Shown in pieces: positions 1 to 12,543 of a stretch of DNA of 64,000 nt. Under the pieces are notes generated by a model. That model was not told where the DNA came from, did not search any database, and worked only from the letters and a program-made list of their open reading frames with translations. Numbering within the stretch: the stretch's first letter is position 1; every line of letters begins with the position of its first letter. This stretch comes from Thalia democratica (lineage: Eukaryota). A program made the translations under genes and the position numbers. The stretch spans positions 24,738,001 to 24,802,000 of the forward strand of contig OZ241828.1 of NCBI GenBank assembly GCA_965202585.1. The letters run 5' to 3'.

Positions 1-1065
1 AGTACAAATACTTTGTATTTAAGTTAGTTTGCTCTTTGAAACTTGTTTTTAACAAAAAAAAAACTAAGTTAGTATTGAAAAATAAAAATAATTTAGTTTA
101 GGTATTTCCAATATCAAATCGCTTTGAAAAAACTTTTTTCTGTGTAACTATTTTTATAATTGACTATAGTTAATGAACATGTATTTGTGGTCTATAAAAA
201 TAATCGGTGAATAGAAAAGAAAAAATTGTTAAAAAAATGTAGACTTTATTAGAATATCAAAACAACTTACCACTTAATTGTTTATACTACTTATCTTTTG
301 CAACATACTAAAATCTTAAATCAGTAGTTCTAAATACTGCCAATTGTTTCAAAAATAACTTTTTATGTATAAGAAAGTTGCTATTTGTTAATTATTTTTC
401 CAGAACTTTGATTAATGTTTACGCTTAATGTATTTCTTTTTTCAGTAAGGTAACACTAGTTTGTTATTCAATATATTCTGTTTGAGAAATTAAATAATAA
501 AAGGTTAAAGTTGTAATTAAAAAAGTTAAGTATATTTAATTCTATTCTGAACTTGAAACTTTTTATTAAATCGGATAGTAATACAACCTTTTCAAAAAAA
601 TTAAAAACTTCTCGATTATTTTGATTAGCTTGCACCATAACTGTTTAATTTAAAGCATGTTTGCAATTTTTGAAAAATTTAGTTTTTAAGAGAAAAAAAG
701 TTTAAAAACAAAAGTTTGTTACCCATCACTTATTATAAGATTTTTTTAATCGAAGTTTTAAGAGCAAAAAGGTGGGAGACGTAAGTGTTTTTGTTTTGTT
801 TAATAAACTTGACTTCAAGATTTTCAAAAATATAACTTGACTTATTTTGAAAAAAAAATCAGATAGAAAAACTAAAAAGGCTCGTTGTTTAATAGCTTTA
901 CCAACCAATCAAAACTAACTAATGACAATACAAAGGTTCGCCCATCAATTTAAAGTGTTCTTTCATAAATAAACAATACGTGTTAAAAGCACATAGCAGA
1001 AATGCAAATGTTAAGATTCGAAAAATATTGAAGAAATAAATACTTAAGAAGATGCATTTATATTA

Positions 1066-1420
1066 CAGGACTGCCAGGAATCCTAGAAAAACCTTGAGTT
1101 CGACAACTTAGTCTACAAACACTGGAATAGCCTTGAACTTAAGAAGTTTCGAAATAAATAATCTGGAAAAACTTAGAACTTTAATTAATTTTTACATTTT
1201 AGATAGTTGAGTTTCGATTTGAGACAAAAAATCTATCTGATAAGTAATAATTTTTTGTCATCTACAATTTTTTTTAAATTAAAAACAATTGTTAAAGAAG
1301 CTTTAAAATATCATTTCAATGTTGTTATACTGTTAACACAGTTTTTAATCTTAATCTTGACTTTAAACTAAAACTAGACCTAAAAACGTGTACATTCAAA
1401 AACCTGAAAGAAATGTCTCA
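1066..1420 (+). mobile_element. Decayed copy of the 36797-37199 MITE
   Basis: Collinear similarity: CAGGACTGCCAGGAATCCTAGAAAAACC vs CAGGGTTGCC...GGAATCCTGGAAAAGCC; GAACTTAAGAA; TTTTTGTCATC; TAACACAGTTT; TAGACCTAAAAA(C/T)GTG. The right TIR is not clearly retained. Confidence 0.75.
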
Positions 1421-3439
1421 AAAAACAGTATCTGATATTGACATTTTTTTATCGGTTAAGCTAAAAAAATCAGCACCAGTATTTTCATATTAACCCCTGG
1501 AAATAAATCCTGCTATTTCGGAATGTAAAACTTTATTCTTGATAGCGTAATATTGCTTTTTCGGAACATCAAAACTAGAAACTACGTAAATATTACTCAA
1601 GTCTTTGAAATAAATGACAGTGATAATAGCCGTAGACAATTAAGTTTTACTTTAACAACAATGATAAAGAAAACTTTTACGTGAATGATAACGAGCGTGT
1701 TACTTATTTTCAATTAAACCGGCTCACGTGTAATTTTGGACAACTTTCAACCAATTAGAGATAAAAAATGCGGTCTTTCTGAGCTATCATTAGCCAATAA
1801 AAACACGTAACGATCACGCCTTGAGTGTTTTGTAGACATTTACGTAACAATAGACTGTATGCGTAAATTGACGTTGAACTAAGATCTATGGGAATAAATA
1901 AAACCTAGAACAATATAAGCTATGAAATCTTCAGCTTAACACAATTAGCTCAACAACAATAGCATTCAGTTTTGAAATTCTATTTTTACTTTTGTTTACT
2001 AAAGCGGTGCTACATAATACTAATAAAATATTAGTTTTTAAACCATTAGAAAATAACGACTAATTTCATCAGTAACATAAAAAATGTTTTAGCAGTATAT
2101 AAAGAAAATCAGTATGAAGTTTACAAGCTCAACATTCGAAATATTTATTATAACAATAAAGTAATAATAAGTTTTATATACGTTTTTATACAGTGAATGT
2201 CTATCCAAAGACTATAGATAAATAATTACTTTATTAACTTTATTTTTTTAAATCACATTCAAAAGTAAAAATCGTGGTAAATGTTCTAAAAAGCCTTAAT
2301 GTTAATGTTTTCTTTAAATGATATAAATTTTATATTTGTACGTATTTATACGTCGCAATACGTTATAGTCAAATTACTAATAAAAAACAAAGACTAGTTG
2401 TTTTTTGTTACTTTTAATGCAAAATTTCTAAAAGAATTTTAACCTAGCTAAATTCATCGAATAAAACTATTTTGTTTTACATAGCTAAGTACCAAAATAT
2501 TTTTCTACTCCTTGATAATTACAGTACAAATTAAGAACTTAAACCATTTATGTCATTAAACAACATGTTATTAAACTATATTTATTTAAACTTTAGTTTG
2601 AGGTTTTATTTTTTAATAACTTTTGGTATAGTTCATGATTAAATTCTAAATAACAAACATAATAGATAGGTTTTTAAGTTTTGTTTTTAAAAGCAAATGA
2701 TTTAACGACATTTTAAACTTAATAGTTTCATAGTAATATCAAATTAAACAAATTTAACAAGCTTAAAACTTACTGCTAAACTAAAATCTAACAAAAATGT
2801 CAGAACTATATACTTATGAAGTCGCTAAATTAGTTAAACTTAGTACAAAAAAAAACATTTGAAATAAGTGTATTAAATAAAAGTGTTGAAGAACTCTTAA
2901 AGTTGCTTATATAGTATCAAAAAATTAGTAGAGTTGTTTCTCTGTTGTCAAAAACTAGTAATAAATAAATTCATTCCGTATTCAGTATTAGTTTTGTTAT
3001 TTACTACAGTAAATTTACTAATTTAAAGATATTAGAATTTGACGCTTTCTTTTCAACTGACTATCTTTGTTAATAAACTTGAATATATTTAGTATATTTG
3101 TGTTGTGTACCATCGCTTAAATAAACTATAAATGTTGTTTAATGTTGATAAGAAACTAAGCTTAAACAGTTTATTAAATTTTATATAGCTCAAAGTTTTT
3201 AGTATTGTAAAACATTTTCAAGAGCTATACATTTACCGTCAACTTTGGTAAAGTGTAAATTTGTCATCAAAACAAATACTTTGCAGTTAATAAAAAGCAG
3301 AAGTGTTTTTGCTTATCTATTAAGATAAAATAAAAAATGCATCTAATATCACGTTTAAAAAAACTGAACTACTAATTTAGTGCACTATTTTTTTTACGTA
3401 ACCAACAGTATTTGATACGTCATTGTGTTAGTTCAAGTT

Positions 3440-3830
3440 TTAAAAGTTTTAAGTATTACCGTATACAATGATTAATGTCTTTTTTTTACGTAACTTGCTT
3501 GCACAAAAAGTTTTATGTAAGCAACAATAAAAAAAACTTGTGATTTTATTAAAATTTCTTTGATTTCTCTGATAAAAATAGCTTTTATTTAAAATCACTT
3601 TTTTAAAAACTTGTGTTTATAAGTACTTACAAAAAATCCAAGTCTTAAACAACACAACAATACACACTATTTAGTATTAATGTTTATGATGATTAATCAT
3701 TTTTTTACGTAACTTGTTGGCACAAAAAGTTTTATGTAAGCAACGATAAAATAACATTTTGTACGATTTCTCGGATAAGTTTATTTAAAACGACCTTTCT
3801 AATAACCTAGGATAAAAATTGCTAAAAAAG
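3440..3830 (+). repeat. Short tandem duplication (~220 bp) carrying paired D-boxes
   Basis: GATTAAT...TTTTTACGTAACTTG.T.GCACAAAAAGTTTTATGTAAGCAAC at ~3470 and ~3690. Confidence 0.85.
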
Positions 3831-6800
3831 AGGCTAAACTTCAAACAACACAATAAAATACAATTTTCAGTGTTTACTTAGTTTGTACTATAATTGTTGC
3901 GTATAAACAAAATTATCTTTAATATAACTTTATTTAAAGTTAGTATTTTATTATGTTTTAAGAGCACACTAATGATAACTTTGAACGGCTTTTTTAACAA
4001 TAAAAATCAAAAACATCACTTTTTTTTAAACATATGTGTTTTTGGTCTACACACAACATCTGCAAAATTTTTTGCCAAACTTAATCTTTTGAACTAGCAG
4101 ATATGTAAAAAAACTTTACTTGCTCTACTTAACTATTTCCAATACTTATTCAACCAGTAGGTAAGTTACGTTAGAGTTAGACTAAACGGTTTTAGAATAA
4201 TAAAATCACACCAGACCTGCTCTTTTAATTTTAGAGTAAAAACTTTAAAAACTAACTAAATACATTTGCTATTAGAAAAGTTTTATTGTTTTTGAACTTT
4301 TTTATTTTACTTTTAATTCATACCTGAACATTTACATGTTTGCAATAATAAAGTTGCAACTGTGTAATGATGGCCTTTAAAAGTATAAAAATTAAGAAAA
4401 TATTATTTAGGTAAAAACAACCTTATCAGTAAAAAGTATTTCAATTTAAGCTATATTGAGCAAACTTAAACTTTGCTGTTTAGTTTATAGTACTACAAAT
4501 AAATATTTAAAACTAAAAAAATACACTTTTTTTTTCTCACAAAGTTTGATTTAAAACCTTACTATAGTTCAAAGCACTAATTTTCACAAAACATTCAAAA
4601 ACTTTATTCTAAAACTTAAAGATGGCCTATATATAGATAAGTATAAATATGGACATCATAACTAAAAATTTAGGTTTTATTAAGAGAAAAACTAGTAAGT
4701 AAGCAAAAACTTTTTAAGCGAGTTTAAAAACATGAAAGGACTTAAAAAACAGTTAGTTACAAACCAATTGTTAAATATCTTTTGTTGCTTCAGCTATAAA
4801 ACTGCTTACAGAAAATCTTATTAAACAGTCACAGTTAAACAGATGTTTTATTAAAAAACAACTTAACTAAAACGCAATAAAAATTTTAACTACGCTTTGT
4901 TTTTAATCATAAATTAATTTAGATGTAAACAGAGCAAGTATTGAAGTAAAATCATCGTTTATAAAAGAAAACATAACTTTACTCTAAAAGAAATTTAAAG
5001 AGTTAAAACATTATCACAAACACGTGAGCTTCGTCAAAAGTTTTATAGGTTTCAAACAGCTTTTTCTAGAAAACTTTTATAGTTTTAAATAAATTTATTA
5101 CTTTTAATCTTCATATTGCAAGAATAGCGTTTTTAAGTGTTTTGTGTTTTTACATACATTAATGCACATATGATTTCAACAAAATGTTGAAGTAACAAAT
5201 ATTTTAATTTATTATCATTATAGAAAAAATCTGTTCAAAATAAGCATGTACTTTTATATGAATCTTTTAAAATATTTTATCAAGACATAAGTTTTAAAGA
5301 AACAGTTAATACTTTTGTATATAGCTGCTACTTTTAAATCTGTATTGAAAGTGATTAACTAATTTTCTGAAAAACATTAGTTTATAACCTCAAAGAAACT
5401 TTTTATTTTAAATTTTTATTTTTATAAAAATATTTTTGTGATTTAATTTATTGTTAATACATTTAAATTTACGTATTTGTAGCAAAAATCTTAATAATGA
5501 AAAATTACAACTATTATAATTATTTTCCTGGGCAAGACGTTAAAAGGTACCGGTAGTGTATGACCCGAGAACCGTAAGTTTCTCCGCGCATCAGGTCCTA
5601 GGACCAAACTTTTTGAGCGCTTTTTTTTCGTTCAATAAACTAAAAACAAAATAACATTTGAGTTATAAAAGAAAAGTTAACTTGAAAAACTAAACATGAG
5701 CTGTTTTTTAATTTATTAAGTTATTTTGAATAACATTAAAAACAAAAGTTCTTTAGTTTTTATGTTCTAAAATAGGATTAGATAAGTATTTTATTTGTAT
5801 CATTTACTTTTTTCAGTATTTGAGTGGTTAGGTTTCTAACTAAACCGGCTCACGTTTTAAGTTTGGTCTGAATAAACTTTAAACTAATAAACGATGAAAG
5901 CCTTCCACATTTAATTTTTAATAGTCAATAAATACGCAGTGTCTGCACATAATATTTCTCAGCCAATTAAATCACGTAAGTTAACAATTTAACGTCAATA
6001 GTCATTAAATATCATCATTTGCTTCTGTAAAGGTAAAGGTGGTTTAACGGTTGCTGAAATAAAACTTTATTGTTAAGGTGTTTGTTACAAAACAATGTTA
6101 GAACAATTTTCATTACTAGTATAAAAAGTAGTTATACAAATAAAGTATTTATTTAACATTTTAAGCAGTTCGATACAGTATAGATGTTTTTCCTAGTCCT
6201 CAACATGTATTTTAACTGAAGACAGTATAAATTGTAATGTTTAAATTTATAAAAATATTATTTGTACATTCTTAACAAACTTAGTTGCTAAGTTATACTT
6301 TTTAGAAATCTAAGATTTCTATATAGATTGCTAATAACCAAAAGATTATATCTTAAAGCAGACTCTTAGAATTTAAAAGTACAAAATTATAACTAATTAA
6401 AGGAAACTATTGTTAGTATATTACACTAACTTTTAGCACGAAAATAACACCTTACATAAACAGATTAATTTTTATCGTTAACAGTTTTTAAAATGCTTTG
6501 TAAGAAATATCAAGAATTTGTAAAACGTATTTAACTTACATCAATGACCGGGTTCAATCTAATCCATATATTAAAGACAAGCCTTTCAACCGAATTAAAA
6601 CTAGGTTATAGCCAACGGGATTAAACAACAAAGCGAAAATAGAAAGTTTTTGTTGTGTAAGTTAACTCGTTTTACCTGATAAACCACAAGTGTTCAAATA
6701 AACTTTTGGACATTGCAGGAAAACGGTATACTATCAAAATCCACCCGTTTTTTTACGATTTCTTTATTTCCTAATTTATTTTATATATATTTTATATTTT

Positions 6801-9800
6801 TATTTATTTTTTTTTAATATCACTGTTACCCCTAACCCTTACCCTCGTTTAGTAAGCGGTTCTCAAATTTGACTGATTGGATTTTGAACGTGTTCTTAGA
6901 AAAACATTTTACGTAACTTGAACTAAACTGGTAGGCTAATAATTTATACGTGGTTTTTCGTGGTTGAAAGTATACATCTATTGTTTTTAAGTTAGTAGAA
7001 AACAGAGTTTTTATGACACGTAAGTATTTACCATCGTTTTCATAAACTTAGCTAAATACTTTATTCCTTTAATTATGTCGTATTAAGTTAGAATGTTTTT
7101 TGATACAAACATTAAAACTAAATGTAACAGATTACAAAAAAAAGGTTGAAGAAATAAAAGTGAAGATTTTTTAAATACCAGTAAATTTAATATATTTAAG
7201 TTAACATTTAATGAAAACAAATTATATATTTCAATGAACTTGTTTCGCTATGATCTTTTGTTAACAAACGCTTAAATTTATAATTTGAACAGTTATGTTA
7301 ACATTTAGTGGTTGTTGTTTAACAAACACATAACTTAAATTAGTAAGCTTGAACCATAAAACAAGTTGTAGTAGGTTTATATGTCAAAGTTATTTTGTTG
7401 TTTTTGTACGACATAATATTTATATAAAGTGTTATCAATTCCAAAGGTAGAAGTATTCGCAAAAAATATTTGTATTTAAATTTAACAACTGATGTTTAAC
7501 AGTTATATTATAGAAAACCCGTAACATTTAATCAGTAACAACTATTTTTGTAAAATTTAGTGTTATTTTGTTATAAATATAATACTCCATGGTTTAGTGA
7601 GTCTGTTTAGTTTTAAACTTTATTATTGATGATAGTTTCAAAAACTTTTTAGTTTTAATACAATACTCTTATGTTTTCCTAAATATTTTTTAAATAAAAT
7701 TTTAAACTCTATTAGCCGGTGAAATATTTATGCATATCGAAAACACGTGTATTAAGAACAACGTGTATAAAGTCAAGAAGATTATACCGTTGAATACCAA
7801 ACAAAGTTAGTATTTTGGAAGCATTTCAACTAGTTTGCGTAAAATGAAAAGGTGTTTTAAAATTTTAGAACACAATTTAGAGCCAATGAAAATCAACTTT
7901 AAATCCATGATTATTTTCTTATTTTCTAATTTTTTTAGTTTCATTGGAATGGAAATATTGGATGGAAGAATATAGCTGCCAAATTTCTGAACTAGTTAAG
8001 TTTAACATTTTACCAACACACTTTATTAAGATACCAAACCACAAAAAATAATTTAAAAATTAATGATTCAGTATTAGTTGTTATAAAAGTTAAGTCTTAT
8101 AAGTTTTACTTTTTAGTTGCTTACTTTGAAACTACCTAATAAGACGAATTGACTTGAACTACACAAAATAATGTTGTTTTAAAACTTTACTGAAAAATAA
8201 ATTACGTAAGTTTGAGAAATACATTTACGTAAGTATTAAGATAATTGTTTTTATATGTCAAGTAGTTTTTGTACTTTATAAGTAAGTACTTGGTTTTTAA
8301 AACTATAAAACTTTTTTTACGTAATTTTTTACAACAAAGAAACTAAATGTATAAAAATCATTTAAAAGTGTTGGTTATATATCAATGTTACTCAATAAAC
8401 TTAACTCAAGCTTTAAAAGTACTACAAGTGTTTTTTTTTTAATTCAGTTTTTAAATTTTAACTTATTTCTCTAGCAAGACAATAGATGGTAAATGATTCA
8501 GGTGTTGTTGTCTATCATAATATTGTAAAATACTGATAACAACCAAGTTTTGTGTTTTAATTTGAAGGAATACATACCTCTTAAAAAAAAGTAAAACTAG
8601 CCAATAAAATTAAGCTTAAAAGTAATTTACTGAGAAACGAAATTTCGCAATGATAAATACATACTTTGTAATTTAAAAACCACAAAAAGCAAAGTTTTTT
8701 TGTCTTAATCGCAAAAAATTGAAGTTTACAATAAGGAATTTTTATCATTATCCGATCTAGGAGATAAATACTTTTATATTATGTACACTATTTTAAAAAT
8801 TTTAGAAGAAAACACAACATTTTACTTAAGTTGAAAAAATTATAAACATTTTTTATTTCTCAACTGGTTTATTTTATTTATTAAGCTCTACTAGTTTTTC
8901 TATTGTTTTAAAACTGTTAAATTCAATTGTTGTGATGAAGACAAGTAAGTCATTATACTAAGTCAAAATACATCATACTTTTTGGTGTGTAGACTTTGAT
9001 AAAAAGCAAACATAAAACTTTAAAAAACTTTAACACTTTTTCTAAAATATATTTTTTTAAAATTAATCCAAAGTTGTTAATGAGGATTTGGTATAGTGAG
9101 TACTAAAATTTAGTACAATTAAAATACAAGAATTTATATACACAACTTACTTTAAAAAAACACTTTGCTGTTTTAGTTATTTTAGTGTGTAAACATTTTT
9201 AAACTAAATTTAATACACAAAAATTACAAAGTTTTATTATCAGATTTAGAGTCATTAACTTTTTTTTGTAAATATTATGTTGTATACAGTTGTGATAAAA
9301 TATAGAAATAAGTACTTATCAAATAGTGAAATAAGGCGTAATTCGTTTATCGTGTCTGTTTATAACTATTAATTTTGGATTTTTATAAGCAGTTGTAAAG
9401 CAGAATTTACATAAAACTCTTTATCTGTTGCATTTGACGTATACTTAGATTCTTTAGGACTTTCAGAAGTATTCAAACTTTTTTGAAATATTTACAACGA
9501 TAATTATTTTTACTTTTGTTATTCTAGTTCTTTAATAAAATCTAATAAATCTTTTTATTAACAGTTAAGTTGAACTTCATTGATATGTTAACTACAATTG
9601 AACAAACCTTCATTAACCAATAAAAACACAGAGTGTTCACGCCTTGCGTATTGGACACGATACGTAATTTTTTGCACTCGATATGATTTTTACGTAAGCA
9701 ACAGTAATTAATACGTTTATTGTATCAACCCTCGTTTTCAAAACTGAAGTGTTTTATGAAAACTTGATGATTAATTTCTTTCTTAACTTTAGATGTTGGA

Positions 9801-12351
9801 AAAAAATGTTATATGTAAGCAACAATAAAAAAATTGTGTTGTTTTATTGAACTTTGCCTCGATTTCTTTGACAAAATTATTTTTAATCCAAACGACCCGT
9901 TTTAGAAAGTTAAGTTTAAAATTATTTATAAAGAAACTTAATTTCAAGCAATATATTAAAATAAAATTTTCAGATTTTTATAAATTTATATTTTACTTTA
10001 CGGATACTATAAGTAATTTAATTTTAGAATTTGTATTCCATGTGTTTTTCAAACCACATTAGTACAGATTTCGACCAGTTTTTTATATAGTTCAAATGTA
10101 TTTCTTAACATTTATACACATACTTGTATCTTGGTATACACACAAAATATGACTTTACTACTCTCTAAAAGATCAACAAAGTAGCAGCTCAAAGAAGCTC
10201 ATTAAAAAGTATACATAAAAGCTGACTCATCACCTAATTTGTGACAGTCATGCTTTCAAATTATAAAAACTCTGCTGTAACTGACTGTGCAGATAATGAA
10301 AAAAATTATGACTATATCGAGCGAATTAAAGAAAAAGTTTTCTTACAGATATTCTAACTTGACAAAATAAGTTTTTTTCGGCCAATTAAGAATTACACAC
10401 CAAAATTTATCTTTTTGACATAAATACTTTACAGACGAACTAAGTTAGGTTATCTATTATACTTAGTTTATTTTCTATTATGCATTTAGTCTTTTTTACT
10501 TTATCCTCGATCATACATGTACTCATGATTTAAAAAAAATAAGATTGCAATATGTATAAGTTTTTCACACAAAAAAAGAGCAATTCAAAAACATTATAGG
10601 CTAGTTTTCAAACAATTAAATTTAAATTGTATCTTAAAGAGGATTTTTTCCCTTAATATACTATGACTGGTTAGTATGAGTATATTAAAACATTAATTAA
10701 AAAATGTTTAATACTTAATTATCACAAAATCTGATATAGGCATGCAACGCTTATTTAAAAATCTTACTTCACTTCCAAACATCAGTTTTGAAAAAAAAAT
10801 CACAAAGTTTTAATTTTTGCGTATTAATAAACTTAAATAAAACATAAAAATCTTTAAAAATGCTTTTAGAAGCAAAACTATATGCTTACGAATGACCTCA
10901 GCGTAATATTTCATCAATGTTTTATAACTACTTAATAAGTAGCAAGTTAGCAAAATTTTGTAGACTGTTGATATAGCTTTTCAACAAAAAAAATAAGCTA
11001 TAAAATTTTATAACACGATAAGGAGTTATAAAGATAAGAGTCAATAAAACCACATTTGAAAATAATTTGTTGTTTCAGTAATAAAACTGCTAACTTGTCT
11101 TTTTTGAAATACATTTCACAGTCACAGAATTATAATTGCTTGATATAAAGTAGTTACAACGCAAAACTATTTTCTTAAGTCTTTGTTTTTTTTTAGTAAA
11201 ATTTTATGTAAAGTAAACAGATCACATATATAAAGTAAATTCAGTGTCTATAAAGTAAATTAAAACTTTAGTCCTTGTATTTGGTATTTAAAAATTTAAA
11301 CATGTGTATAATATTCCAAACAAACAAGTTTCCTCAAAAAAAATCTAAAGGATTTTAATCAATATTCCGGAAAAAATTTGTTTCCAAAATTAAAAAAAAA
11401 ATTTTTGCTTTAAATCTTAATTAAATTAGAATTTTTATCAGTTTTTGTTTGTTTAGCTATATGAACATACGTAGTTGCAAAAAGGCGTTGAAATATCGAA
11501 AAATGCTACGTTTGTCCTTATAAAACAAGTAAAATTTTAAAAAATAAAACATTTATTTTTGTTTCAGCTAAAATTACTTTTTTTTTAAGTATCTTTAAAA
11601 GTTATATTTATTAAAACATAAGTTTTAAAAATTAATTAATGTTTTCAAATAATGTAGCTAATTTGTAATCTAAATTACTTGTGAAAGATTTTTAAACTAA
11701 ACCGGTTCACGTCTTAAGTCTGGTCTGGATAAACTTTAAACTAATAAACGATGAAAGCCTTTGACATTTAATTTTTATTAGTCAATAAAAACGCAATGTC
11801 TGCAATTTTCATTAAGCAATTAAATCACAGAAAGTTTTAATTTTGTACTCTAAAGTTTATTACAATCTGATGTAAATAAATACGCATCAGATTTACTATT
11901 AGCAAATATTTAGATAATATCTATAAGTATAGGTGGTTAACATAATTTTAATTGTTTGCATAAGAATATGAGAACAACTTTAATTTACAGCTCAGTTTAA
12001 AACAAGTTTAGCAGCTTTTAAAATAAAGTAAGTGAAATTTTTAAAATTTAAGATTATATTTTTCTTCTCGATAAAAAATACTTCAGTAAAAAAATAAATT
12101 AGTATTTTTAGGAAACAGAATATACTAAAGGTGTTTGTTTTCAAAAGTCTGAAATTTTGAGCCACATCTTTTTAGAAAATTAAAAACTATTCAATGGATA
12201 AAAGTAAAAATTTTTAAAAAGATTATTAGAGTTTGTTAGAGTTAAGTTTTAGCAAATAAAATGGATTATACTAACAACTAAACATCTTACAAAAACGTAC
12301 TAACTTTTAGAAATGACATTTGTTGTAGTGCTTTGTTAGACATATATATAT

Positions 12352-12543
12352 AAGTTTATTTCAAGATGAAAAAACATGCAGAACTCGAGTTTCGTGCCTA
12401 TGCACTCCTTAAATGCAAAAAAAAAGTTCAAAATAAAGCAAAAACCAAAACACTCCAATTGAAGTTAAAAATTTAAGTATAATTATGCTTAAATTAGGCA
12501 TGAAGTTTGAGTTCTGCAAATTTTTACTTCTTGAAATAAACTT
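12352..12543. repeat. Older homologous palindromic element with degenerate hammerhead arms
   Basis: Arms 12352-12400 and 12495-12543 are reverse-complementary at 41/49 positions. The minus-strand arm reads TGCAT-TTAAGGA-GTGC(ATAG)GCAC-GAAAC-TCGA-GTT-CTGCA...CATCTTGAAATAAAC-(TA)n. Confidence 0.75.

Noticed and set aside
6824-6846. Telomere-like CCCTAA repeats
   Set aside because: Only about three degenerate units; too short to call an interstitial telomere.
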